Shown: piece after piece, positions 9,361 through 18,018 of the stretch
Numbering within the stretch: the stretch's first letter is position 1
Layout: each line of letters opens with the position of its first letter
From: an archaeon
Lineage (GTDB): Archaea > Nanobdellota > Nanobdellia > Pacearchaeales > DTIR01
Assembly: GCA_043799715.1 (NCBI GenBank)
Contig: JAZDNM010000003.1
Span: 156,903 to 220,902, forward strand
Direction: 5' to 3'
Length of the DNA stretch: 64,000 bases
Notes under the pieces: generated by a model
What the model was told of the DNA's origin: nothing
The model's input: only the letters and a program-made list of their open reading frames with translations
Databases searched by the model: none
Made by a program: the position numbers and the translations under genes

Positions 9361-9513
9361 TTATATCTCGAAATCTTCAAGGTCTTCGTCTTCAGTGTCC
9401 TCTTCATCAGAGCTGCTTGAGAACAGCCCTTCCTCATCGCTCTTCTCGCCAATGCGGATTTCCTGGGCTTTTTCTGAAGCCTTGACACCTTCGTTGATAG
9501 GTTTTTTTGGCAT
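9361..9513 (-). CDS. Small acidic protein, 50 aa (below the ORF-track cutoff)
   Basis: ATG at 9513 preceded by GGAGGTAAG (strong SD, 3-nt spacer). Reads MPKKPINEGVKASEKAQEIRIGEKSDEEGLFSSSSDEEDTEDEDLEDFEI, stop at 9361. Replaces the 73-aa track ORF in another frame. Confidence 0.5.
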   Translation of the reverse strand: MPKKPINEGVKASEKAQEIRIGEKSDEEGLFSSSSDEEDTEDEDLEDFEI

Positions 9514-9799
9514 CTTACCTCCTGGGTAATTTTGTTAAATTGACTGCCGATTTGCATTTTATAAATTTTGCGGTAGCGCCTGAAACACCCCGAAATGTTT
9601 AAAAACCCCCCTTGTTTTCACATTTATAAATCAATTAGAGTAAGAAAAGTGATGATTGATATCATTGGATTATCATCATTTATTGCTTAACGGCATTCAC
9701 AATTCATTTCACGAATTCATACTTATTTTGAGTATGCGACTGGGATTTGTGCTGCATCGGCAGTAATTCAGTTGTCTTTTCTTATTCTTAGAGGAAAAA

Positions 9800-11020
9800 A
9801 TGGGAAAAATAAGCCCGGTTTCAATCAAGTATATTATACACGCAAAATTCATAGCCACAGGCACAGTTGAAAAGCCTGACGTAGTCGGGGCTGTTTTCGG
9901 GCAGACAGAGGGGCTTCTTGGGGATGAGTTGGAGTTGAGGGAACTGCAGAAAGAGGGCAAAATAGGCAGGATAGATGTTGAAACTGAGTCTGAAGGGGGA
10001 AAGACAACCGGCAGGATTGAGATTCCTACTGCATTGGACAAGACCGAAACAACACTTATCGCAGCAGCATTAGAGACAATAGAAAGGGTCGGTCCAAGCG
10101 ATGCGAAAATCCAGATAGATGAGATTGAGGATGTAAGGGGCAGCAAAAGGGATTATATAATGGAAAGGGCAAAAGCGCTGCTTGAAACTGTAAAAGGCTC
10201 GCAGACTGAAACAAAAGAGCTGACAGAGTCAGTAAAGGAATCTTCAAGAATTTCAAGGCTTCAGGAATACGGCACAGAGAGGCTTCCGGCAGGGGACTTG
10301 TCTTCAGACGAGATAATTGTTGTTGAAGGCAGGGCTGATGTTGTGAATATGCTCAGGCACGGAATTGATAATGTTATAGGCATGAATGGCACAGTAATGC
10401 CCTCTGCAATAAAAATTCTCGGAAAAGAAAAATCCATCACACTTTTTGTTGACGGGGATAGGGGGGGGCTTCTCATAGCAAGAAACTTAATTGGAAATGC
10501 AAAGATAGATTTTGTTGTGGCTGCGCCTGAAGGCAAGGAAGTTGAAGAGCTTGCAGGCAAGGAGATATTGGCTGCATTGAGAAAGAAAATTTCAGTTGAG
10601 GAATTCATGCAGCAGGTTGAAAGCCATGAAAGAGATTCAAAAGGCAGGGGAAGAAAGCCTCTCAGGAGAGCATCAAGGGGCATAAATATGGAAGAATCTG
10701 ATTCCCCGAAAGAGAAACCTGAAATAAAAAATGCCGCTCCAAGCAATGCGGAAAAAGAAACTTTCAAGGAGAGGCTTGAGGATTTGATAGGAACAAGAGG
10801 AGCCTATATACTTGATTCAAAACTTGCAATATTGAGAAAAATCCCTGTAGGCGAGCTGGGATATTCACTCGGGATACTTGCTGATAAGGCTTATGCCATA
10901 GTTCTTGACGGGACAGCAACCCCCGATATAGTAAAGGCAGCAGAGAGAACAGCATGCAGGCACATAATCGCGAAAAATTTCACTTCTTTCGCAACAAGGC
11001 TTAATCTAATCAGCCTGTGA
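9800..11020 (+). CDS. dnaG: Archaeal DnaG-type primase / exosome-associated TOPRIM protein
   Basis: N-terminus IKYIIHAKFIATGTVEKPDVVGAVFGQTEGLLG is typical of archaeal DnaG. TOPRIM motifs IIVVEGRADV and LFVDGDRGG. Confidence 0.9.
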   Translation: MGKISPVSIKYIIHAKFIATGTVEKPDVVGAVFGQTEGLLGDELELRELQKEGKIGRIDVETESEGGKTTGRIEIPTALDKTETTLIAAALETIERVGPSDAKIQIDEIEDVRGSKRDYIMERAKALLETVKGSQTETKELTESVKESSRISRLQEYGTERLPAGDLSSDEIIVVEGRADVVNMLRHGIDNVIGMNGTVMPSAIKILGKEKSITLFVDGDRGGLLIARNLIGNAKIDFVVAAPEGKEVEELAGKEILAALRKKISVEEFMQQVESHERDSKGRGRKPLRRASRGINMEESDSPKEKPEIKNAAPSNAEKETFKERLEDLIGTRGAYILDSKLAILRKIPVGELGYSLGILADKAYAIVLDGTATPDIVKAAERTACRHIIAKNFTSFATRLNLISL

Positions 11021-11075
11021 TTTTATTGGGATTGATTTTTTAGATTTCTAACAGCCAGGAGGAGACATAACAAAA

Positions 11076-11083
11076 TTTAAATA
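11076..11083 (+). promoter_or_regulatory. TATA-like box within a 19-nt promoter block repeated at 11589-11607
   Basis: ataacaaaatttaaataga at 11067-11085 is identical to 11589-11607. Each copy precedes a gene start (11121, 11627). Confidence 0.5.
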
Positions 11084-11120
11084 GATTTGAGCTCTGTATC
11101 TTCATTCTAAAAGAGGCAAA

Positions 11121-11585
11121 ATGAGTAAAATATCAGACTATTCTAAAAGAAACAAGAATGCTGTGATTCTCGCAGCAATACTGATTTTCCTGCTGATTGC
11201 AGTTTACCTTAACTTTTTTTATTCGAGAAAATGCGCTGATGAATCATGCTTTAATTCAGCGTTATCCCAATGCAAAAAAGCAAGGTTTCTCAACATCCAG
11301 GCAGATTCTTCATGGCTTTATTCAATAAAAGGGCAAAAAGCAGGGAACTGCATTGTTGATGTGAAGAATATTGATGTAAAGATTGCTGAAGCCGAGCTGC
11401 TCAAGGGAAAATCAATGATATGCTCTCTTCCCAAGGGGGTTGTTGTTTCCCCTGAATCTGAGTTAGGAAACTGCCATGGCTTGCTTAAAGAATCTTTGCA
11501 GGACATAATCCTAGAACGGCTGCATACTTACATAGTCCAGAACATAGGGCAGATAGCATCCGAGCTTGAAAAGCCGATTGTTTAA
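11121..11585 (+). CDS. Hypothetical membrane-anchored, Cys-containing extracytoplasmic protein
   Basis: N-terminal TM (AVILAAILIFLLIAVYL). TATA-like box at 11076-11083. No recognisable family. Confidence 0.5.
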   Translation: MSKISDYSKRNKNAVILAAILIFLLIAVYLNFFYSRKCADESCFNSALSQCKKARFLNIQADSSWLYSIKGQKAGNCIVDVKNIDVKIAEAELLKGKSMICSLPKGVVVSPESELGNCHGLLKESLQDIILERLHTYIVQNIGQIASELEKPIV

Positions 11586-11597
11586 TTAATAACAAAA

Positions 11598-11605
11598 TTT
11601 AAATA
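11598..11605 (+). promoter_or_regulatory. TATA-like box (second copy of the 19-nt promoter block)
   Basis: tttaaata 22 nt upstream of ATG 11627, which suggests a leaderless or near-leaderless transcript. Confidence 0.5.
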
Positions 11606-11626
11606 GAAATTTGTTCTTGTTGTCTT

Positions 11627-13681
11627 ATGAGAATGCTTGCTTTAATTTTTGCTCTTGTTTTGGCTTTTCCTTTTGTGAGCGCAGAGATAATTCTCCCGCA
11701 GCTGAATACTACTTATAATCTGAATGACGCCCTGTCTGTTGATGTATCTATAAATGAAAATAACCCTATTTCAGGGGGATTGCTGATTGTCAGCCTTGTG
11801 TGCCCTTCAGGGACAATTCCTTTTTATGCAAACGGCAATATAAATCTGGCAAAAGAGCAGGTTGGCAGGTTTGATGCTGTATGGAACAAAATATCAGGAG
11901 TTTCAGGAAGATGCTATGTCAAAGCAGAATTGGAATCTGAAACCGCAAGAACAGAAGAGTTTGTGATAACAGACAGGATTGATGTTTCTCTTGAATTAAG
12001 CAGCTTGGATGTTAATCCAAGTTCAAGCATGATTGTGAAAGGCGCTGCTGTGAAGGCAAATTCGCTTCCTGCAGAAGGAACTCTTGAGATAAGCGTTAAG
12101 GGGCTTGTGCAAAGCCAGTATGTTGCTGTTGAAAATGGCAGGTTTGCTGTGGAGATAAGCCTGCCGTCAGACACTCCTGCAGGGGATTATGAAATAAGCG
12201 CGGTTGTTTTTGAGAAAAATGAAGATAATGAGATAACAAACAGGGGAACTGCCCAGAAAAAGTTTACTGTTGTCTCTGTGCCTTCAGGGCTCAGCATAAG
12301 CCTTGATTCAGAGAAAATCATTCCAAATAAAACTATTGCAATAAAATCAACACTTTACGACCAGTCCTCTGAAGTTATCTACGAGCCTGTCAGCATAACA
12401 ATAAAAAACAGCGCAGGGGAAACTGTCCTTGCAAAGGATGTCCTGTCAGGCAGCATTGTTGAGTACAAAGTGGGAATGGTTCCTCCTGGAGAATGGAATA
12501 TAAAGGCATCTGCAAAAGAATTCGATTCAGCAAGGGCTTTTGTCATTCTTCCTTATGAAGATGCTGAGATAAGCATTTCCGGAAGCACAATTACAGTGAA
12601 AAATACAGGCAATGTGGACTACAAAAAAGAAATCTCAGCGACGATTACAAGTGAGAATGGAACAATGATGAATGTGACAAGAAATGTTAATATTGATGTT
12701 GGAAAAGAGGCAAAACTGCAGCTGCTCGCGCCCGAGGGTGTTTATAATGTTGAAATTTCAGGCGTAAAATTCAGCAGGATTCCACTGACAGGCGCTGTTT
12801 CAGCTTCCTTGAAACTGGAAAGCCAGCCAGGCATTCTGGCAAAATCCCCTGTTATCTCAGCCATGGTATTTTCCTTGATTGTCGCTATACTGCTTGTCTT
12901 TCAGTTCTTTGCAAGAGGTTCAAGAACTTACAAATCAGACAAAGGAACTGCTCCAGTTGTTCAAGTGCAGAAAATAAGCTCTGCTGTGAAAAATTCTCAG
13001 GAGATGCATAATGCAGAAAGTTTTGAGTCAGCAATAATTCCCCAGATGGCTTCAAATGCAAGAATAGCAGAGCCTTCACTTGTTATCCAAGGGCAGAAAC
13101 AAAATGCATCTATCCTCTATCTTAAGTTAAAGAACCTGCCTGAAATCAGGGAAAAAATTTCAGTCTTGGCAGCAGAATCCCTTGAAAAATTAGCTGAGAG
13201 GGCTTTTGTAAATTCCGCAGGAAGTTTTGGGGGAGCTGTTCACAGAATAAGCAGTTCAGAAATGCTTGCTGTGTTTTCCCCTATGACAAGGCAGTTCAGG
13301 CATGAGAGTTCTGCGGTCAGGGCGGCATTGAAAATAGATTCTGAATTAAAAACAAACAACAAGAAGTACAGAGACAAGGCGGATTATGGCATAGGCATAG
13401 GTTCAGGAGAAATTGCATTAAGCATAAACCGCAAAAAAATTCTCCAGTACACTTCAATAGGAAACACTATCACGCTTGCAAGAAAACTTGCTGAGAGGTC
13501 TTCAAGGGAGATAGTCATGAGCAAGGAAGTTTACAACAGAATTATAAATGAAGTTAGGGCAAGAGCCGCAGGAACGCTGATTCTTGGAAGTGAAGAAATT
13601 GAATGCTACGTCCTTGAAAGTTCAACAGGCAGGGAAGCTTACAGCTCTTATTTGCAAGATGCGCTTAGAAGGATTAAATAG
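11627..13681 (+). CDS. Receptor-like membrane protein: signal peptide, Ig-like extracellular repeats, one TM, cytoplasmic degenerate class III nucleotide-cyclase homology domain
   Basis: Signal MLALIFALVLAFPFVSA. TM SPVISAMVFSLIVAILLVFQFF. C-terminal region aligns by eye to the cyclase homology domain (GIGIGSGEIAL, YTSIGNTITLARKLAE), but both metal-binding Asp positions are replaced (LYLKLKN, ISSSEMLAVF). Confidence 0.65.
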   Translation: MRMLALIFALVLAFPFVSAEIILPQLNTTYNLNDALSVDVSINENNPISGGLLIVSLVCPSGTIPFYANGNINLAKEQVGRFDAVWNKISGVSGRCYVKAELESETARTEEFVITDRIDVSLELSSLDVNPSSSMIVKGAAVKANSLPAEGTLEISVKGLVQSQYVAVENGRFAVEISLPSDTPAGDYEISAVVFEKNEDNEITNRGTAQKKFTVVSVPSGLSISLDSEKIIPNKTIAIKSTLYDQSSEVIYEPVSITIKNSAGETVLAKDVLSGSIVEYKVGMVPPGEWNIKASAKEFDSARAFVILPYEDAEISISGSTITVKNTGNVDYKKEISATITSENGTMMNVTRNVNIDVGKEAKLQLLAPEGVYNVEISGVKFSRIPLTGAVSASLKLESQPGILAKSPVISAMVFSLIVAILLVFQFFARGSRTYKSDKGTAPVVQVQKISSAVKNSQEMHNAESFESAIIPQMASNARIAEPSLVIQGQKQNASILYLKLKNLPEIREKISVLAAESLEKLAERAFVNSAGSFGGAVHRISSSEMLAVFSPMTRQFRHESSAVRAALKIDSELKTNNKKYRDKADYGIGIGSGEIALSINRKKILQYTSIGNTITLARKLAERSSREIVMSKEVYNRIINEVRARAAGTLILGSEEIECYVLESSTGREAYSSYLQDALRRIK

Positions 13682-14602
13682 CTATTTCTTTATGCTCTTC
13701 AGCATTTCAAGAACCATGCATCTTTTGCAGAGTTCAGCTGAACTAGCCTCTTTGCATTTTTTGCATGACATTAACTCAATATCCTTATGCTTTTCTTTTA
13801 GGAGGGGCAGAATTTGCAGGAGCGAATTTACAATGGCATTTTTTATTTCAGGATGATTTTTTTCCATGTTTTCAAGGAAATTTCTTATGCTTGCCCGAAA
13901 AGTGTCTGTTCTTAGTGTGCATGTCTTAAGGGATAGGGGCAGCTTCTGGAATTTTGCATAAAGAATAACCTCCTTGCTGGAGCGGAAGTAGAGCGGCTTA
14001 ATTCTCTGCACTAATTTTTTTCTCTGTTTTATCCCTGAAACAGGCCCGAGCTTTGCAAGCAGGGCAGGATTGCCTTTCATCATGTTAATGATTACTGTCT
14101 CTGCCTCGTCATCAAGGCTGTGCCCTGTTGCTATCTTTGTGATGCCCATCTCCCTTGCCTTTTTGTTGAGCAGCCATCTTTTCAATATGCTGCAGACATA
14201 GCAGTTTGTCAGTTTCAGCGATTTAATTTTTGGCAGGATTGCCTGCAATTCAAACCCATATTCTTTTTTAAAACTAATAATCTTCAACTGGATTTTGCTG
14301 TCTTTGCAGTATTTCTCAAGTTTTTTTAGCAGCTTTTTCCTCTGCCCTGTGCCCTCTTCAACAGCCAATGCAGTTATCTTCTTTCTGGCTTTCTTTGCAA
14401 TCTTGTGCAGTATGTGCAATACAACCATTGAATCCTTGCCGCCTGAACAGGCAACAGCCACTTTATCCCTTGCAGAAAACATCTTGTATCTCCTTATCGT
14501 GCTGAAAACTTTCTTTTCAAAAAATCTGCAAAAGCATTTTTCGCAGAACTTTCTTCTGTTTGTAAGTTCATATACCGGATGAATTTCACATTGTCTGCAC
14601 AT
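13682..14602 (-). CDS. PP-loop tRNA 2-thiolation enzyme, TtuA/NcsA-like
   Basis: N-terminal Zn finger CRQC..CEKC, PP-loop ACSGGKDS, GHSLDDE motif, C-terminal CKKC..CKRC. Confidence 0.75.
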   Translation of the reverse strand: MCRQCEIHPVYELTNRRKFCEKCFCRFFEKKVFSTIRRYKMFSARDKVAVACSGGKDSMVVLHILHKIAKKARKKITALAVEEGTGQRKKLLKKLEKYCKDSKIQLKIISFKKEYGFELQAILPKIKSLKLTNCYVCSILKRWLLNKKAREMGITKIATGHSLDDEAETVIINMMKGNPALLAKLGPVSGIKQRKKLVQRIKPLYFRSSKEVILYAKFQKLPLSLKTCTLRTDTFRASIRNFLENMEKNHPEIKNAIVNSLLQILPLLKEKHKDIELMSCKKCKEASSAELCKRCMVLEMLKSIKK

Positions 14603-14611
14603 TTTGCTTAA

Positions 14612-15631
14612 TCAGGAGTTGTTTGCCCTGAACTGGATTCTAAGGGCTTCTGCCTCCTCTCTCCTCGCTTTTCCTGATTTTATAATTTTCTTTTTTGGCA
14701 TAATGCAGATTGGAACAGTATCCTCATTTGCGTCGCTGTGCATTGCGGTGATTTCCGCGGCTTTCCTGACTGTTTTGCTATCTTGACTGCCGATTAAAAT
14801 GGAGGTTGGCGAGGGGATATCAACTGCTTCAAAAAGCAAATCATTCTTGCCTGCAATCTCCCTGATTTCTTTGTTTTCAATTTCATTCCTTCCGACAACC
14901 AGCTTTGCATTTGATATTCTGTAATGCCTGCCAATCTTGAGCAGTTCAATATCCTTCGAGCTTATTTTATTTTCATTTCTGAATAAGTCTTTTAATCTTG
15001 CCGCAAATTCCTTTTCGCAGAGCATGCAGCCCCCTCCTGGCTGTGGGAATGAAATCCTATATTTTTTTGCAAGTTCCATCTGCTGCTGCCTGTTTCTGCC
15101 CTGAATTGCAAGGAACTTGTCTCTGTTTATTAGTCCAGCTTTCTCAGCGCTTGTTTCAGACAGCAGATTTGCTGAAAGAGGTCTCAGCAGCTTTCCCCCC
15201 AGCCCTGATTCAATCTCAACATAGTCAAGGGCTTTTTTGTGCTGGGACATCGGTCTTTCATTCAGCACTTCGCCTGTTACAATTAGGTCTGCCTTGATTT
15301 TCTTGGCAAGTTTCTTTGCTTCCTTAAGCAAGAATATATGGCAGTCAATGCAAGGATTTATTCCTGAACCATATCCATGTTTTGGATGCCTTATTATTTC
15401 AAGATATTTCCTGAACAATTCCCCTTTTGTGCAGTCGATTACATGCAATTTAATTGTGTTCTCTTCTGAAAAATTAGTAGCATCCTCTGCGCTTCCGTCT
15501 GAACCAAAAGGCAGAATGAAGAAAACAGCTTCAACATCGCATTGCTCCTGCATAATCTTGCACGCCAGTCTTGAGTCCAATCCGCCTGACAGCAGGCAGA
15601 GTGCCTTGATTTTGCTTTTCTGCTTTTTCAT
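14612..15631 (-). CDS. PP-loop ATP pyrophosphatase, ThiI/MnmA-like tRNA sulfurtransferase (specificity unassigned)
   Basis: LLSGGLDSRLA PP-loop, NPCIDCH, GEVLNERPMSQ, GGGCMLC. Track ORF runs to 15691. I prefer the Met at 15631 (MKKQKSKIKALCLLSGG) because the upstream extension overlaps a small ORF. Confidence 0.7.
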   Translation of the reverse strand: MKKQKSKIKALCLLSGGLDSRLACKIMQEQCDVEAVFFILPFGSDGSAEDATNFSEENTIKLHVIDCTKGELFRKYLEIIRHPKHGYGSGINPCIDCHIFLLKEAKKLAKKIKADLIVTGEVLNERPMSQHKKALDYVEIESGLGGKLLRPLSANLLSETSAEKAGLINRDKFLAIQGRNRQQQMELAKKYRISFPQPGGGCMLCEKEFAARLKDLFRNENKISSKDIELLKIGRHYRISNAKLVVGRNEIENKEIREIAGKNDLLFEAVDIPSPTSILIGSQDSKTVRKAAEITAMHSDANEDTVPICIMPKKKIIKSGKARREEAEALRIQFRANNS

Positions 15632-15665
15632 AAGAAAAGACAAGAAAAACACGTTTAAAATCTTT

Positions 15666-15833
15666 TTATTTGCCCTGTATTCTTTTTTCAAGATTTCCCT
15701 GCTTCAGAATTATTTCATATTTATCTCTGTATTTTCTATCCAGAATATACACAAATCTTTTCTGCACATCCTGATAGCTGTCATCATCAGGAAAGGGGCT
15801 GTCTGCTTCCCCTTTTTTGTCATTCCAGCCCAT
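15666..15833 (-). CDS. Possible small ORF, 55 aa
   Basis: ATG at 15833 overlaps the end of the upstream ORF by 14 nt. Reads MGWNDKKGEADSPFPDDDSYQDVQKRFVYILDRKYRDKYEIILKQGNLEKRIQGK. Below the track cutoff and supported only by operon packing. Confidence 0.3.
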   Translation of the reverse strand: MGWNDKKGEADSPFPDDDSYQDVQKRFVYILDRKYRDKYEIILKQGNLEKRIQGK

Positions 15834-16236
15834 TTTCAACTCCGATTATATGCCTTTCAAGATTGCTGTATCTGCCAAGCTGCGGCTCAACTTTCTCCTT
15901 CCAGCATTTTTCATACTCAATAAAAAAAAGATTTTTCAGTTCTCCCTTATAATTCGCAAGCCGAAGGGCAACATCCTGCTCCTTGCTATCCTCCATCCCT
16001 TCAATCATCCTCAGAAGGTAGATAGCTGAATTTGATTTTAGTGTATCCATGACCTCCTTGATTGAATCTTCAAGTTTGCCTCCATTATGCCGAGAGCAGA
16101 ATGTTCCGAATGTAAAATTGCCAATGCCTCCGCCTATCCAGAATGAATTATATCCCATTATCCTGATTGGAATTTTTCCATTTCTTTCCCTGAATGTTTC
16201 ATTGCCAAGCATGGCTTTTGTCATGCCCATTTTCAA
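15820..16236 (-). CDS. Hypothetical protein, 138 aa
   Basis: Start overlaps the stop of the upstream Zn-finger ORF (4-nt overlap). No recognisable motif. Confidence 0.5.
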   Translation of the reverse strand: MKMGMTKAMLGNETFRERNGKIPIRIMGYNSFWIGGGIGNFTFGTFCSRHNGGKLEDSIKEVMDTLKSNSAIYLLRMIEGMEDSKEQDVALRLANYKGELKNLFFIEYEKCWKEKVEPQLGRYSNLERHIIGVENGLE

Positions 16237-16628
16237 TTACCGAAATCCTCCTCAAATTCTTTTGAATATCCTGCATGCTCTGAATCATAGTTGAATGATG
16301 TGAGAAAGCTCTCCACTGCATCTTTCTGAAGATTCAGCTTCATCAGGAAATTGTACATTTCCTCTGTGAAGCAGTAAGGGCATACTGCTGTCTGGTTTTC
16401 CCTGCAGATTGTGCATTCTGTCCCCGAATCTATGAACTTGTTCTTTATTCTGCTAGCATAGGAAACAATTTTCTTTTTGGCCTCGCTGCTGAGATTATTT
16501 GTTTCAATCCACTCTTTTATCTCTCCGGCTAAGCAGACGGGGCATATCGGATTGTGTATACCCTCATTGCATACAATACATAAGTTGTTTGAGTTAGATT
16601 TTATCATTTTAGCGTCAGAAAAAAGCAT
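16233..16628 (-). CDS. Hypothetical double zinc-finger protein
   Basis: Two CxxC...CPxC pairs (CIVC..CPVC and CTIC..CPYC). 131 aa. First gene of a co-directional string ending in the two PP-loop enzymes. Confidence 0.55.
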   Translation of the reverse strand: MLFSDAKMIKSNSNNLCIVCNEGIHNPICPVCLAGEIKEWIETNNLSSEAKKKIVSYASRIKNKFIDSGTECTICRENQTAVCPYCFTEEMYNFLMKLNLQKDAVESFLTSFNYDSEHAGYSKEFEEDFGN

Positions 16629-16879
16629 TCAAGAGCCGGATATTATATGGCTCTTATAATGCTGTGGTTTTAACGCCGCAGAGAATATAGCCGTGTCTAG
16701 ATACAAACATACCTGCAAATGCAGAATTCATCCACACGCTCTTTTTTATATCTGCGGACATCTTGAATAAATTAGGAGCCCGCGGTTTAAATAATTTTCG
16801 TTTGGAGTTTGGATTGGCATATTTAATTTGCTTTGCCTGCTTATGAAAAGTTTAAAAATATTCCCTGCCTGAAGATGGA

Positions 16880-17806
16880 ATGGAGAAAAATTATGATGTC
16901 GTTATTCTCGGTGCAGGTCCTGCGGGGCTCTCTTCAGGGATTTATGCTGCAAGATTTGGACTGAAAACACTTGTGATAAGCAGGGATATAGGAGGCATGA
17001 TGAACATGGCTTCGCTTGTGGAGAATTATCCGGGTTTCAGAGGCAGCGGAATAGAGCTTGCAATGAAGATGTCTGAACAGGCTAAAAATGCAGGCGCAGA
17101 GATGCTTCAAAGGAATATAAGCAACATAACAAAACAGAAAAACTCATTTAAAATCCAGACAGACAAGAACGAAATATTTGATGCAAGAGCCCTTATCATC
17201 ACTCTCGGGACAGAAAAAAGAAAACTGAATATAGACGGAGAAGATAAATTTCTCGGCAGGGGCGTTAGCTATTGCGCTACATGCGATGCTCCGCTTTTCA
17301 AGGGAAAAGTTACAGTTGTTGTCGGAGGGAGAAATTCAGCAGCACATGCTGCATTGCTTCTGGCAAGATACGCAAAGAAAGTATATATTGTTTACAGGCA
17401 GGGCAGGCTTAACTGTGATACATTCCTTTTGGATGAGCTAAACAAGAATAAATCCATTGAAATAGTTTACAATTCACTTCCTGCCAGAATCAAGGGACAA
17501 GACTCTGTAACAGAATTGATTGTCAGCAGCGAAGGCAGCGAAAAATCAATAAGAACAGATGGAATTTTTGTTGAAATAGGCTCTGTGCCTTTGACAAGCC
17601 TGGCAAAGAACCTTGGCTTGAGCCTTGATGAGGCAGGCTATATCCTTGCTGATGATAAGATGAATACCAATGTTACAGGGATTTACGTTGCAGGGGATAT
17701 TGTTGCAGGAAGCCTCAAGCAGATGATAGTTGCTTCAGGGCAGGGAGCAATAGCAGCAAGCTCGGCATATAATTTTTTAAAGGATAATAACAAAAGTGAT
17801 AAATAG
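16880..17806 (+). CDS. trxB: Thioredoxin-reductase-like flavoprotein (low-Mr TrxR fold) with degenerate NADPH-binding motifs
   Basis: FAD motif GAGPAGLSSG and redox CATC. Second dinucleotide motif is GGRNSA instead of GGGNxA. HRRxxxR is replaced by YRQGRLN. Confidence 0.8.
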   Translation: MEKNYDVVILGAGPAGLSSGIYAARFGLKTLVISRDIGGMMNMASLVENYPGFRGSGIELAMKMSEQAKNAGAEMLQRNISNITKQKNSFKIQTDKNEIFDARALIITLGTEKRKLNIDGEDKFLGRGVSYCATCDAPLFKGKVTVVVGGRNSAAHAALLLARYAKKVYIVYRQGRLNCDTFLLDELNKNKSIEIVYNSLPARIKGQDSVTELIVSSEGSEKSIRTDGIFVEIGSVPLTSLAKNLGLSLDEAGYILADDKMNTNVTGIYVAGDIVAGSLKQMIVASGQGAIAASSAYNFLKDNNKSDK

Positions 17807-17809
17807 AAA

Positions 17810-18004
17810 ATGGCTGAAAAATACAAGATTTTAGTTGACAAGAACAAATGCATAGGGTGCGGAAGCTGCGTTGCAGTCTGCGAGGGCAATTTTGAAATGA
17901 AGGACGGAAAGGCAGCTGCAATAAACTCTGCAAGTGATATGCCCTGCAACAAGGAAGCTGCTGAAATATGCCCTGTAAGCGCAATTACTATTAAGAAAGG
18001 GTGA
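17810..18004 (+). CDS. Small ferredoxin (single Fe-S cluster type)
   Basis: CIGCGSCVAVCEG ... CP motif. 64 aa. Starts 4 nt after the trxB-like stop. Confidence 0.75.
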   Translation: MAEKYKILVDKNKCIGCGSCVAVCEGNFEMKDGKAAAINSASDMPCNKEAAEICPVSAITIKKG

Positions 18005-18018
18005 GTATTCTAATTTTC

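Noticed and set aside
9336-9557. 73-aa track ORF (MQIGSQFNKITQE...)
   Set aside because: It has no RBS and a Lys/Arg-rich odd composition. The alternative frame on the same strand has a strong SD and a coherent acidic product (9361-9513).
9649-9679. GTGATGA (C-box-like) and a 7-nt inverted repeat TGATGAT..ATCATCA with central TGATATCA palindrome upstream of dnaG
   Set aside because: No D box (CUGA) or C'/D' elements occur at sRNA spacing, so it is not a C/D-box sRNA. A single short palindrome without a second copy is insufficient to call an operator.
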